Source of the DNA: Octopus sinensis
Lineage: Eukaryota
NCBI RefSeq assembly: GCF_006345805.1
Contig: NW_021832437.1
Location: 2,461-66,460, forward strand
Length of the DNA: 64,000 bases
Reading direction: 5' to 3'
The translations under genes and the position numbers were made by a program. Below are positions 1 through 12,549 of the stretch, one piece after another (within the stretch, counting starts at the first letter, position 1; each line of letters begins with the position of its first letter). The notes below the pieces were generated by a model. That model did no database searches and was not told the DNA's origin. It saw only the letters and a program-made list of their open reading frames with translations.

Positions 1-363
1 TATCTATTTCTTTGGTAAATCCATGAACTGTCTTTAATAGTGTTTCCAGCTGTTTGTCATTTGCAGCGTATAGTTTTAGGTCATCCATATATAAAAGGTG
101 GCTGATCGTTTTGCCGTAACATTATATCCGCATCCAGTTCTATTTAGATATCAGATAGATAGAGGTGACGTGCCAAGCAGAAAAGGAGTGGAGAGAGCGT
201 GTCTCCCTGGAATATTCCTCTTCTAATGGGGATGTCTTTGGTTTTCATGAGTCCCTCTTTTGTTTGGAGGTGTAGGACTGTTTGCCATTTATTCATAGAG
301 TGCTCTATGAATTTTATGATTGTTGGTGCTACTTTGTTAATGGCTAGTGTTTCGAGGATCCAT
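1..363 (-). mobile_element. R4/Dong-type retrotransposon lineage A, RT fragment, 5'-truncated; continues off the window start
   Basis: Near-exact reverse complement of ~3014-3377 (QGDTLSP, YMDD region); 5' end abuts (ATT)n. Confidence 0.93.
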
Positions 364-379
364 ATTATTATTATTATTA

Positions 380-411
<32 letters not shown>

Positions 412-417
412 TATTCT

Positions 418-610
418 ATGTTTCACTTTGCTTTATGTCTGTACAAGTGGCTCCCAGTCTCACCCAGAGACCTCAAGAGACAACAGTTGGAAGTTCTGTG
501 CCATATATTTGGTTTTTTTTTGGTGTTGTACTAGTGAATGTCTAATACATAAAAATAAAATAAAAAAAGTTTATTTTAAACCTTGGGATTACATAGAGAG
601 TATTTTGCGT
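418..610 (-). mobile_element. R4/Dong lineage B, last codons and 3' UTR only
   Basis: Reverse complement of the 15655-15865 end (RKILSM*, then gtctcttgaggtctctgggtgagac), followed by an (AAT)n tail on the minus strand. Confidence 0.85.
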
Positions 611-639
611 ATATTATTATTATTATTATTATTATTATT

Positions 640-825
640 AAGGCAGTGAGCTGGAAGATTCGTTATCACGCTGGACGAAATACTTGGCGGTATTTCGCCC
701 ATCGCTACGCTCTGAGTTCAAATACCGCCGAGGTCGATAATTTAAGTACCAGTTAAACACTGAAGTCGATATAATCGACTCATCTCCACCTCCCCCAAGT
801 TGCCCTTGTGGCAAAAATTGACATT
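640..825 (+). mobile_element. tRNA-derived SINE (head gagctgg...gagttcaaat plus conserved central domain, partly deleted)
   Basis: A-box/B-box-like head; homologous to copies at 8356, 28473, 38900, 39135 and 54880. Confidence 0.8.
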
Positions 826-878
826 ATAATAATAATAATAATAATAATAATATAATAAAAAATTAATAATTATAACAA

Positions 879-954
<76 letters not shown>

Positions 955-989
955 GAGGAAGAAGAAGAAGAAGAAGAAGAAGAAGAAAG
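826..989. repeat. (AAT)n followed by (GAA)n microsatellite
   Basis: Read directly from sequence. Confidence 0.97.
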
Positions 990-1164
990 ACACCGGGGAC
1001 GTTTAAGATGTAAGAAGGAAAATACAGAGCTCCGAAATCTATCCACAAACATCGAAAACAAGGACACCCTATGGAGCCAAAGATTTACTAACAAAGAATT
1101 GGACTATATCCGAGTAAGTAATACGAATTGAAATTATACTATTTTCGAAACGAAAGGATGTATT

Positions 1165-4100
1165 TTGACTCGATATTATCTCCACTCTAACACAACACAT
1201 GTAAACATGCGTGGAACAACACGATCATCCCCGACCTCAAACACCATGTACAAAGGAACTACGAAGAAATTAAATGCCACCGATACTATTCAACCCAAGA
1301 ATAACAATCGAGCGGTACGTACATTAAACCTACAACAAAAAATGTACGAAAAACTACACGTGCGAAATAATGTGACAACAGAAATAAACGGACCGGTACC
1401 CTGCGAAAATGACGACCGTCAAAATAATGGGCCGGACGTTGTACCTCATGTCCCGCAATTAAAACCCAAAAGACGTAAATGGACACGTGAGGAATACATT
1501 TCTATCTTACACGCATACTTCACAGCAATGCTACCCAAAAAATGAAAATACAACAACACATACATATAAAATATGGAAGGAAAATAATAGAGATATAGAC
1601 TTGGATACAGCAATGAACCCTAATAAATTAGCTAACGTACGAAGATAGATTCTCAAAGCCAAAAAAATATCAGAAATAGAAATAGAACATTTAAAAGAAA
1701 AAATACACCAGAAAATGTAGATAGAAGCCACACAACAATGCCCAATAATATAAACACTGAAACTGTAAAACACGAAGACAAACGCAACATTCCCAACAAA
1801 CACGATGTAAACAACGAAGGGGAGCCTAATGATTATGATAATATAAAAAATAAAATAATCAAAGAACTAAAAACCACAGAGCTCAAAATGGACCACCGAC
1901 CATACCTCCCAAGAATAAAAATAAACGCAATAACAACACCAATTATAAACAACATAAACCTAGCCGTCACTGAACTAGCCACTGAAACAAAAAAAAGTGA
2001 TATCACTGAACTAAATGACCTGATATACGCAGCAGCCACTGCAGCCACAAAAGAAGCTGGATACTCACCCAAACCCGCCCAAACAGGAGTACCACCACCC
2101 AAACAAACCCCGTGGGTAAATAACATCCAAAACAAAATAAAAAAAATTAGAAAAGACCTGTCGATTCTTAATGAAATCAGCAAACAAGCAATGCTACTGA
2201 GCAACAAAAAGAGAACAAAAATTCTCCGCAAATATAACATCACACAAAAAGATTTGCCGGAGATAAAAGAAAAGCTGAAGCAAGATATCCTTGCCAAAGC
2301 TCAAAGGATCCGCCGGTACGAGAAACGCCAACGCTTCTTTGAACAGAACAAAAAGTTCAACTCCGACCCCAAAAAGTTCTACCAAGAACTGGGCAAAAAT
2401 AAAATAGAAGTCACTGCAGCACCAACGGCAGAAGAATTGGAAGAATTCTGGAAAGAAATATGGTCGGCGAACGAACAGCCAAAAAAAAGGAGTATGAAAA
2501 TAACAAACTCGGCATCTGAACAACTTTGGACCCCCATAACAACTGAAGAGGTCACCCAGGCACTGCAAAAACTAAACAACACGGAAGGCACCTGGGCATG
2601 ACAAGATCCCCAACTTCTGGTTGAAATATCTAACAGGAATGCACAAAAAGCTGGCTGAAAACTTTAACAGCATACTAGCAGGGCCAGAGACAATGCCTGA
2701 ATGGCTCACGAAGGGGAGAACCATCCTAATTCCCAAATCAAATGAAACAACAAAACCAGAAAACTACAGACCAATAACCTGCCTCCCTACTATGTTCAAG
2801 GCATTTACTGCAGTGATATCGCAAAGGCTGAACAAGCACCTGGACGAAAACAAACTGTTCCCAGAAGAGCAGAAAGGATGCCGCAAGGGCTCATATGGCT
2901 GTAAAGATCAACTAATGATTAATAAAGCCGTAACTGAAGACAGCCACAGAAAGAAGAAAGGCCTCAGTATGGCCTGGATTGACTACAAAAAGGCGTTTGA
3001 TAGCATCCCCCACACATGGATCCTCGAAACACTAGCCATTAACAAAGCAGCACCAACAATCATAAAATTCATAGAGCACTCTATGAATAAATGGCAAACA
3101 GTCCTACACCTCCAAACAAAAGAGGAACTCATGAAAACCAAAGACATCCCCATTAGAAGAGGAATATTCCAGGGAGACACGCTCTCTCCACTCCTTTTCT
3201 GCTTGGCACTGTCACCTCTATCTGATATGCTAAATAGAACTGGATGCGGATATAAATGTTACGGCAAAACGATCAGCCACTTTTTATATATGGATGACCT
3301 AAAACTATACGCTGCAAATGACAAACAGCTGGAAACACTATTAAAGACAGTTCATGGATTACCAAAGAAATAGATATGAAATTTGGATTAGAAAAATGCG
3401 CCAAAGTAACCATGAAAAGAGGAAAACTAGTTAAGAGTAACAACATCACACTAGATAAAACCAATGAAATAAAAGAATTAGACCAAAGCCAAACTTACAA
3501 ATACTTAGGAATCCATGAACTAGATAAGACACAACACACACAAATGAAAGAGAAAATAAAAAAAGAATATTATAGACGAGTTAGATCAATACTAAAAACA
3601 GAGCTCAATGCTAAAAACAAGATAATAGGTATCAACACTTTAGCTGTCCCAGTTATAAGTTACAGCTACAATATCCTTAACTGGACACGAAAGAACTGTC
3701 CAAAATAGATAGGAAAACAAGAAAAATACTGACAGGATCTAGGATGCATCACCCAAAATCTGACATAGAAAGACTATATATACAACGTATAGAAGGTGGT
3801 AGAGGCCTTATACAGCTGGAAAACTACTATAAAATAACCACCATAGGACTGCAAAAATACCTACTTCAGAAGGAAGGAAAACTGATCCAGATAGCAGCAA
3901 AACACGAGCAAAACAAAAAACTGTTCTCAGTATTTAAGGAAGCTGACAAATACAAACAAGAAATCATACCACCTAATAAACACAAAGAAGAAGAAGAAGA
4001 TGATGAAGAAACAACAAAAGCTATAAAACAAATGAAATCCCAACTAAAACTAGAACAGCAACGAGCCATGATAAAACGATGGCAAGAAAAACCCCTTCAT

Positions 4101-4944
4101 GGTAAATACTGCACTGAACTAAACGCAAAAGAAATAGACAAAGAAAAATCCCAGCAATGGTTGAGAAGCTCAGGACTCAAAGCAGAAACAGAGGGATTTT
4201 TAATTGCAGCACAAGACCAAAGCCTCCCCACCAGAAATTACCAAAAACATGTAATGAAAAGAAATATAACAAGTAACTGCAGAATATGTGGAGATGGACA
4301 AGAAACAATAAATCATATTATCTCTAGCTGCCCAGTCCTGGCTAAGAAGGAATATATTCACAGACATGACAGAGTTGGAACCTACATACATTTGAAGCTA
4401 TGCCAACATTATGGAATAACAACAGAAAAAAGATGGTATAGGCACACACCAGAAAAGGTCACAGAAAACGAGAAAGCAACCATACTCTGGGATATGCCGA
4501 TACACACATAGAGAGAAATTAAGGCCAACAGACCAGATATAGTTGTCAGAGATCATGAAGAAAAAAAATGCTTTCTAATTGATGTATCAATACCGGCAGA
4601 TGACAACGTGTCTCTAAAAGAAATGGAGAAACTCTCAAAATACAAAGACCTGGAAATAGAGGTAACTAGAATGTGGAACCTGAAAACAGAAACAATTCCT
4701 ATCATAGTAGGTGCATTAGGCATGATAAAAAAATATTCAGACAAATACATAACAAAAACACCAGGACTTACAAACACATATAACATACAGAAAATTGCAC
4801 TACTAGGCACTGCACACATCCTACGCAGAACACTTTCCATACAATAACCATCAGAGCATCACAACAAATCACAGCACATACCCAAGGCACACAGAGCTGC
4901 GCTCGGTAGTGAAGTGAAAGCACGCTATAAAAATAAAACTACTG
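1165..4944 (+). mobile_element. Near full-length R4/Dong-type non-LTR retrotransposon, lineage A; single ORF broken by several frameshifts and stops
   Basis: N-terminal RRKWTREEY domain; RT motifs NYRPITCL, EQKGC, IDYKKAFDS, QGDTLSP, YMDD, YKYLG; CCHC knuckle CRIC..HIISSC; RHD; RLE motif RPDIVV..LIDVSIP..EKLSKYKDL; stop at 4847; 3' UTR ends actactg then (AAT)n. True 5' end uncertain (990-1165). Confidence 0.95.
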
Positions 4945-4957
4945 AATAATAATAATA

Positions 4958-5013
<56 letters not shown>

Positions 5014-5499
5014 GTACATTGTTTTGTCTTGGTATAAAAGATGGGCTACAGCAAATATTCTGCTCAATACCACAGATTTGCTTGTAAGTTGTTTGACCTT
5101 AACCAGTTGAGCATGTCCCTTAGTGGCTGACGATATGTGCATCTCTGATCACGAGTAGAAGTAATGGGGGAGCATCATAGCCATGTGTTGAGAGGAATTC
5201 TTGGAGGTTTGGATAATTCACCTTTGGAAACATGGGTGGTTTGTTCAACATCCTAAAACAACCCTTATTCAGGGACCTTTTGAGCGAGATGGGTTACTGA
5301 CCAGAAGAAAATTCTAACTGGGCCCCACCTGCAAGGTCATGTGCTGTTTATCTTGATATGAGATCACCATGTCACGCACATATGGTTGTGATGCATGTGC
5401 CTGGTGTACCCTTATCAGACGGGTAGTCATGATGGGTATACTGGGTTTCGTATATTTTACCCCAGTGTCACTTTGATGGCATGCACTGCTCTCTCACTC
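5014..5499 (+). mobile_element. ORF-less retroposed element with fixed 3' end (...ctctcactc) and (AAT)n tail, 5'-truncated copy
   Basis: Homologous to 18846-19373 and 14209-14343; same 3' end, different 5' ends, (AAT)n on both sides. Confidence 0.85.
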
Positions 5500-5637
<138 letters not shown>

Positions 5638-5749
5638 TAGCCAAAACACATGTCGGATCAGAGGAAATATTAACAATGACAAATAGTAAAAAATGAAAAT
5701 AATAATGTCAGTGATGATGATAATAATAATAATAATAATAATAATGAAA

Positions 5750-6788
5750 GGAAGCGGTTGGAATCTCTATGCTCTGACTGATGATACATCTAGTGATAAT
5801 GTCACAATAAAAAGACTGGTAATTGCACAACCTGATAATCGCTACCTCATATGAGTGAAAATGAAAAAACAAAATATTGTGAATAACGGTGGTAATGAAA
5901 CTGAAGCTCTTGATGGTGACAGTGTTATACCTGGCACGCTCAGAGTTACTGGTCTGACTCCAGCCTGTCGTTATCCAACAAGGGAGCAGCACACACGGCG
6001 TAGATGGAACAAACAAGTCAATGCTGTGGTCATGGAGTGGTACTACCTGAGAAACCCCGTATGCGAAAATGGTGTTCATCTTAGGGGATACCGACAACGT
6101 ACGTGTGATCAATGGAGAGAAAGTGAATTGTTTCAACTCACGGAACAGAGATTATGTGATCAAGCTTGAGCAATAAGAAAAAAATCGTTGGTTCACAAAA
6201 GTAGAGCTCGAAGCTATCAAAAGATGGGTATTGGAAAACAGCTGCAGAAGAAGCGATGAAACGACAGTTCCTACTGATAAAAGTAATATCATAGCAGAAA
6301 ACAGGTGAAATCTCTAATAAACCACAGAAGAGGAACAGTGATAGCTTGCTCAATAAGATACATATAGATGGCTTGGAAGAAGGCAAAAAAAAAATAAAAT
6401 AATGGTGGCATGACAGACGGGCAAAAGTCAATCTACGACAGAATAAAGGCGAGGCTTCTCTAAAAAAATGCAGAAACTTTCAAAATACAAGGACCTGGAA
6501 GTAGAGAGAACTCGAATGTGGAGTCTAAAACAGAAAAAATTCCTATCATAGTAGATGCATTAAGTTTGATTTAAAAATTATTTAGACAAATACATAGCAA
6601 AAACACCAGGAGTAACAAGTAAATGTAACATACAGAAAATAGCACGACCAGGCACCGCACACATCCTACGTAAAAAAATTTCAATACAGTAACAATAAGA
6701 GCATCTTAACAAACCATCACGCTTACCCAAGGCCCACAGAGCTGAGCTCGGTAGTGCAGTGAATACACGTGGTAAAATATGACTACTC
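5750..6788 (+). mobile_element. Internally deleted or chimeric R4/Dong element: N-terminal domain joined to a lineage-A-like RLE C-terminus and 3' UTR
   Basis: RRRWNKQVNAVVMEWYY..RGYRQR..TEQRLCDQA at 5990-6170; from ~6460 decayed KYKDLEV..IPIIVDAL..GTAHILRK and 3' UTR cccaaggcccacagagctgagctcggtag. Confidence 0.8.
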
Positions 6789-6821
6789 AATAATGATGAT
6801 GATGATGATGATAATAATAAC

Positions 6822-6869
<48 letters not shown>

Positions 6870-6934
6870 AATACTACTACTACTACTACTACTATACTAC
6901 TAATAATAATAATAATAATTGCCCTTGCTTCCTT

Positions 6935-7593
6935 GCAAGCGCTGAGAACAAACTACATAAAATACAGAATAGACAAAACGGTGAACCGTATTGCATATTA
7001 CCAGCCTATGTACGCCACTAGCCCAGAAGAAATATGAGAGACGCCACGACAATATAGCCAGGCTTGTCCACTGGACACTTTGCAACAGGTATGGACTTGA
7101 CAGAGCAAAAAATTGGTACGACCACAAACCTGAAGGCATCGTCGAAAATAGAAATGCAAAGATCCTATGGGATTTTATGATTCAGTGCGATCATGAGATA
7201 GAGAATAGTAAGCCAGACATTGAGAAAGAAAACAAACTATACTGGATCATAGATATAGCATGCCTAGCTGACAACAAGGTATGCGATAAGGAAGAAAGAA
7301 AAGTTGAGAGATATGACAGGTGAGTTTGGAAAGTTAAGATTTGAGGTCGATGAAAAAGGTAGCAGTAGTACCAATAATTGTCGGAGCCCTGGGAACATTG
7401 AGCAAAATCTCGAGAAGTACGTGGAACAAATAGGGGCTGCAATAAGGGTGGATCACTTGCAGAAAACAGCACTGATTGGAACCACTCGAATACTCCGGAA
7501 GATGCTGGAAAAATAAGAGGTGTTACCTTAGTTAACTGGTAGGGAACAGCTGACATTGTAGTACATCTTCAGCGATAGAAGCTGTGCAAAGGC
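6935..7593 (+). mobile_element. R4/Dong lineage D, 3' fragment (CCHC/RHD/RLE and 3' UTR)
   Basis: QALRTNY, YERRHDNIARLVHW, ILWDF, KPDI, IIDIAC, GTTRILRKML*; homologous to 22838-23660 and 31823-32957. Confidence 0.88.
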
Positions 7594-7619
7594 AATGATA
7601 ACAACAACAATAATAATGG

Positions 7620-8282
7620 AAATGAATGACAAGCAGCCAGTGGAACAGAACGGGTGTAGAAGGAAAAACCGAGCGACAAAAGACCAATTATCTGATAGAC
7701 AGAATGGTATTGAACATTTGCAAGAAAAGTCTTACGAATCTGGGCATGGCGTGGATCGACTATAAAAAAGCATATGACATAGTCCTACATATTTGAATTT
7801 TAGAAAGCCTTGAGCTGGTACAGGTGTCTGATAATATATGAAATTTTATGAGGAGACCAATGAAAAACTGGAATGTGATAGATAAAAGAAGAAATTGAAC
7901 TAAGATCATAGATATTGCAATACCTGGAGATGCACGCGTAAGTGACAAAAAAATTATTGAAAAGTAGACTATTAAAAGACGAAATTGCAAGAATGTAGAC
8001 TATTTAGAGAGTGTCTGTCATTTCAGTAGTTGTAGGGGCACTTGGAGCACTAACAGAAATATGTCAGAGAAATCGGAATTGACATAAGACCAGAGCAAGC
8101 CCCCAAAACTGCTCTGTTGGGACAGCTAGGATTTTGAGATGTCTCCCATGATAAATAACAACTAAGTATCAATGCTTATAATGTGCGGAAAGAGACCCTG
8201 TGAGACCTCTGACAACAGGCTGCTGTCCGCTCTCAAAGAATCTACCAGAACAAACAAGACTGAACGTTCTGAGAAGTAAAAC
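7620..8282 (+). mobile_element. R4/Dong lineage E, internally deleted remnant (RT piece joined to RLE end and 3' UTR)
   Basis: EQNGCRRK..KDQL, decayed AWIDYKKAYD, then IIDIAIPGD..VVVGALG..LLGTARIL; ends gagaagtaaaac then (AAT)n. Confidence 0.75.
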
Positions 8283-8304
8283 AATAATAATGATGATGAT
8301 GATG

Positions 8305-8347
<43 letters not shown>

Positions 8348-8355
8348 TGATGATC

Positions 8356-8525
8356 CTTTCTACTATAGGCACAATGCATGAACTTTTGGGGGAAAGGCAG
8401 AAGCGATTACATCGACCCCAGCACTCTAGTGGTACTAATTTTAACGACCCTGAAAGGTTGAAAGGTAAAGTTGACCATGGCAGAATTTGCACTCAAAACG
8501 GAGCGACGGATGCGATGCCGCTAAC
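8356..8525 (-). mobile_element. tRNA-derived SINE, diverged partial copy
   Basis: gaccctgaaaggttgaaaggtaaagttgacc matches the conserved central domain of the 640-825 family. Confidence 0.75.
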
Positions 8526-8544
8526 TGCTAACATGATTAAAAAA

Positions 8545-8723
8545 GATTGGTACAAATGTTAAGGTAGAACACATGCAAAAATCTTCCTTTCTTGCAACTG
8601 CAAATGTTCTCCACAGATTTGTTGAAGCATGACCAGTAAAACAAGTGCCACCTTAGTCTGCTGGCTGTGGACAGCTGAAACTTTCCATCATACCCAGAAA
8701 AATAAGCTGTGAGACCTCATCAC

Positions 8724-8725
<2 letters not shown>
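8545..8725 (+). mobile_element. R4/Dong lineage I, last codons and 3' UTR
   Basis: VEHMQKSSFLATANVLHRFVEA* resembles the R4 C-terminus; UTR ccttagtctgctggctgtggacagctga parallels the lineage D UTR; (AAT)n follows. Confidence 0.6.
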
Positions 8726-8786
<61 letters not shown>

Positions 8787-8790
<4 letters not shown>

Positions 8791-9800
8791 CCTTGGTATA
8801 GACGAAAGTAACGGCATAAAACATACAACAATGAAAGAGAAGATTAGAAAAGAGTACTACAAGAGAGTACTGTTAGTAGCAATGACTGAACTCAACGCTG
8901 CAAACAAAATAGAAGCCATTAACACTCTTGCAGTACCAATCGTATATTACAGTTTCAACGTAATCAACTGGCAAATGAGCGAAATAAAGAAGCTATACTC
9001 AAAGACCAGAAAACTACTAACCATGGCTCGAATGAACCACTCAAAAGCGGACGGGAACAGGATTTATTTACCGAGAAGCATGGGAGGAAGAGGACTAACT
9101 CAATTAGAATTATCTTACAAAACCACCACTGTAGGATTAAAGACATATCTTTAGCTGTCAAAAGACCCTCTAATGAATCTTGTGCACCAGCATGATAAAG
9201 TAAAGAAGCTATATTCGATATACAAAGAATCTATATAGTTTAAGGAACAACTGATGACGCAGTAACCTAGGATGAAGGCGAGTGAGAAAGTAACCCAGTT
9301 TGCTAAAAGAGTTAAGGAAGAGATGAAAATACAAGCCCAAAAGAAGAGTAAAGAAGAATGGCTAGAAAAATCGATGCATGGACGATACACATGTAAAGTG
9401 AACAAACCAGACGTAGAAAAACGAGACACTCATGTATGGATGAAGAGCTCAGGACTGAAGGCTGAAACCGAAGGTTTTATTATAGCAGCACAAGATCAAA
9501 GCTTGGCAACCAGGGCTTACCACAACAAAATAATGAACAATAGCACTGACCCGAAATGCAGAATGTGTCATGAGCAAGATGAAACAGTGGACCACATCTT
9601 AACTGGATGCAAAGCGCTTGCAAAAACCGAATATATTCATTGATACGATAGAGTAGCGCAATATTTCCATTGGAAGATATGTAAACACTACCAGCTTCCA
9701 ACTTCAGAAAGATGGTACCAACATAAACCTGAAACTGTAACCGGAAAAGATGATGTGACAGTACTCTGGGACATGCCAATCAACCCCGGTTCAGTAGAAG
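8787..9800 (+). mobile_element. R4/Dong lineage H, RT thumb through CCHC/RHD fragment
   Basis: KYLGIDE, AINTLAVP, RIYLPRSMGGRGL, SSGLKAETEGFIIAAQDQ, CRMC..DHILTGC. Confidence 0.88.
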
Positions 9801-9851
9801 ACAACGGACCATATTTTATTTTAAAATAATAATAATAATAATAATAATAAT

Positions 9852-10308
9852 AGAAATTGGCACAATGTGGAACCTCAAGACTAAAACACCACCTGTTGTC
9901 ATAGGTGCCGTAGGAAGGCTAGCAAAATGGGGTTGATTGCTACCTAGCTCAGATACCAGGAAATCCAAAAATGGATGAAATTCAAGAAATGGTCCTCATT
10001 GTCTATGTAATTCCCCAAATATTTTAATCCGTAAACAGAGTCAAAATACTTTTAAATGTACATAACAGCAAACACCTTTTACTGTTATCTTAACATCAGA
10101 CTATCATCTTATAATCAATTGACTTTTAAAACAAACTTCTAATTTACTTATGTTTTGACAGACATTCTCTAGAACAATACTCAGTGCAAAACCAAATATA
10201 TGGGACCCTAGTCATACCACCAACTCGAACTTCTAATATGTTGTCTCTTGAGGTCTCTGGGTGAGACTTGGAGTCAACTTGTACAGATACAAAGCAAAAG
10301 CCAAGCAT
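9852..10308 (+). mobile_element. R4/Dong lineage B-like 3' end, diverged
   Basis: MWNLKTK..VVIGA..QIPGNPK; UTR contains gttgtctcttgaggtctctgggtgagacttggag. Confidence 0.8.
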
Positions 10309-10344
10309 ATGATAAAAAAAAATAATGATGATGATGATGATGAT

Positions 10345-10960
10345 GATTATCTTTTATATTTAAAGGAGTGAATATAGTTATTTAATCCAAGATTGAATTT
10401 GGAAACTGTTGTATCTATGTAATAATGGATTTCATTAGGTGTGTTCGCAGAATATTTATATGTTAAACTATTCTTCAGACATCGGTTATTCAAAGCATTT
10501 ATCATAGCTCCTCCTGTTGCAAATGTTATAAAGTTTATTATCATAAGAGACTTTATTTATTTTATCAGGGTTAATGTTAATACTATGAGGAGATACTGTA
10601 GTATTTTTATCAGCATTTATACTAGATTGACATGTATTAAATTACAGTTGACCAAAATTTGTATTTGTTAACTGAATATTTAAAGATACAGCCGTTATTA
10701 CTAATAGTAATTAATTTCTTACTGTTTGTTTCAGGCTGCAATACTATTCGCTATATTTGGCTTAGAGGAATACACAAATTTAACAGTATGTCTATTGAGT
10801 ATCTTACTTTATCTACAAGAGGATGGAAGGAAATGCTTATTCAATTCATGGGATATCTGAGGCAATCTTATTTCTATAAAGGGCATAAAACCATATGATA
10901 ATCATTTTATGTAATCCATTTCAACTGGTTTTGCTGTCATTATATAGACTGGAGATGTTT
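10345..10960 (-). mobile_element. Penelope-like element remnant (RT C-terminus and GIY-YIG endonuclease), decayed
   Basis: Minus-strand translation SKILNRHTVKFVYSSKPNIANSI..LNNRCLKNSLTYK..YYIDTT..FNLGLNNYIHSFK fits the PLE pattern CPL..CL..VIYK..YIG.T..FK.R..NH..SF. Confidence 0.75.
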
Positions 10961-11599
10961 CTGGAAGAATATCACTCAAAGATAACCGAACGGACGCAAA
11001 ACAGACGGGGCCCTTCAGCTTTTTAGCTGTCCGAATAAGAGAAGGTGAATCGATACAAATTCAACATCCCGATAACTACTGGGCACGTGGCACTTGTTGC
11101 ACCACACCAATACAAGTTTGAAGGATGAAAGAAATGGACTGGCTCTGCACAAAACATGTGCACTATAATAATATTCATCGTGCAGATCGTTAATGAAACC
11201 AAAATACCGACAACAACATCATCGCACTTCCTTCAAGTCCAGTGGCGGGAGGAAAAGAAGCGATGGGGACAGACAGCAGATGCTACTAGAAATCTTCAAC
11301 TGTAACCCTACACACAAGCAGCCAGGAGGTGACGGTCGTTTTCTTAAGATCTCAGCTGTGTCAAAATGACATAAAAGTCCGTCAAATTAGTATAGTATCG
11401 TTGATTCTACGTTGAATAGTTCTCTTACAGTCATGGAAGTTGCAACGATAATTCCCAGGTTTGAATCTGTTATTATTATGTTCTGTCCTTTTACTTAGGG
11501 TGAAAAATATGGAGCTAATGACCTGTACATGATGATCGAGACTGTTTTGATTGGTTACCCGATGTTTACTTTCAATAAATATAGAATGACGTCAGCAGG

Positions 11600-12060
11600 C
11601 AAAATCGGGTTGCAGAGGAAAAGGGAATTCCAGAGCTTTGACGTCAGGAGACGAAGGGATTGGAATAAGATTTAATACAGAGTATTTGAGTTGGGAAAAC
11701 TCAATATAGGCGACGAGGGATAGGATTAGCGAATTACTTTGCTTCAAGTTTCCATTATTTTCATTTCCTTTTTATTGAAAGTGATATGCATATTGTTTGT
11801 TCTTTGAAGCCGTCAAAGTAAGAATAAAAAAAATTTTGTGTGACAGAGTTTATAGCATAGTGGGCGTGTGATAATCATATGATCTTATGAAAGATGTGCA
11901 GTCAAGGATATCCCTTAGTGAAGCAGCAGCAGCAGCAGCAGTTGTAGCATCCTGTTCTGAGCCTCACCTGAGCTTTCTAGACATTCCCTAATAGTTCAGA
12001 GAGTATATGAATAGTATATATAGGGTATTTTCCGTGTCTCTGTTGCCAGTGCCTTCGCAC
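11600..12060. repeat. Old dispersed repeat, copy 1 (possibly a LINE RT 3' end on the minus strand)
   Basis: Clearly homologous to 21385-21845; a weak RTS.LWNSL-like remnant reads on the minus strand. Confidence 0.6.
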
Positions 12061-12510
12061 ATACGTATATGTATACACACACATGCATATACACTTATGT
12101 GCATATATATATATATGTGTCTCCGCTACCGAAACGGTAATTATTTCTACGCCAGCTATGTTGTTGTTGTTGTTTTTATCTCATTTGGTCTAAAGTCGTA
12201 TGACAACCACCGTTATATATATTTTGTTTATTCATTACTGTTTTCAATTTCGTTTTCGTCCCTTGTATTCACATCCGTCTTGTGCGTTCACATTCCTGTC
12301 TTCTACCAAGAAATCTAATGCTTACAGCTTAGTTTTTTTTCTTGGGGCTGGCCGAGTTGGAGCAAATATCAGAATTGAACAGCCGAAATTTGCTATGATG
12401 ATTCGGTGTCTGACTGAAGATTGAAGGCTTCGAATGATTTGTCTGTGTTCCGTGTTCGTCCCTTCCTGTATTTCACGTTCATTATATATAAAAACATTCA
12501 TTCATTTATA

Positions 12511-12549
<39 letters not shown>

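Noticed and set aside
347-1094. ORFs of poly-Y, poly-L, poly-I or poly-N, and the many YVCM, HTYI and IYIY ORFs elsewhere
   Set aside because: They are translations of (AAT)n, (ATAC)n and (AT)n microsatellites, not proteins.
990-1165. HDV-like ribozyme at the 5' end of the R4 element
   Set aside because: Expected by analogy with R2-type elements, but I could not find the nested double-pseudoknot pairings by eye.
5120-5245. Hammerhead in the ORF-less element (CTGACGA..GAAACA)
   Set aside because: The core halves are ~95 nt apart with no credible stem II and a mostly G-U stem I.
10441-10898. Hydrophobic plus-strand ORFs resembling a membrane receptor
   Set aside because: They are the antisense of a decayed Penelope RT/GIY-YIG.
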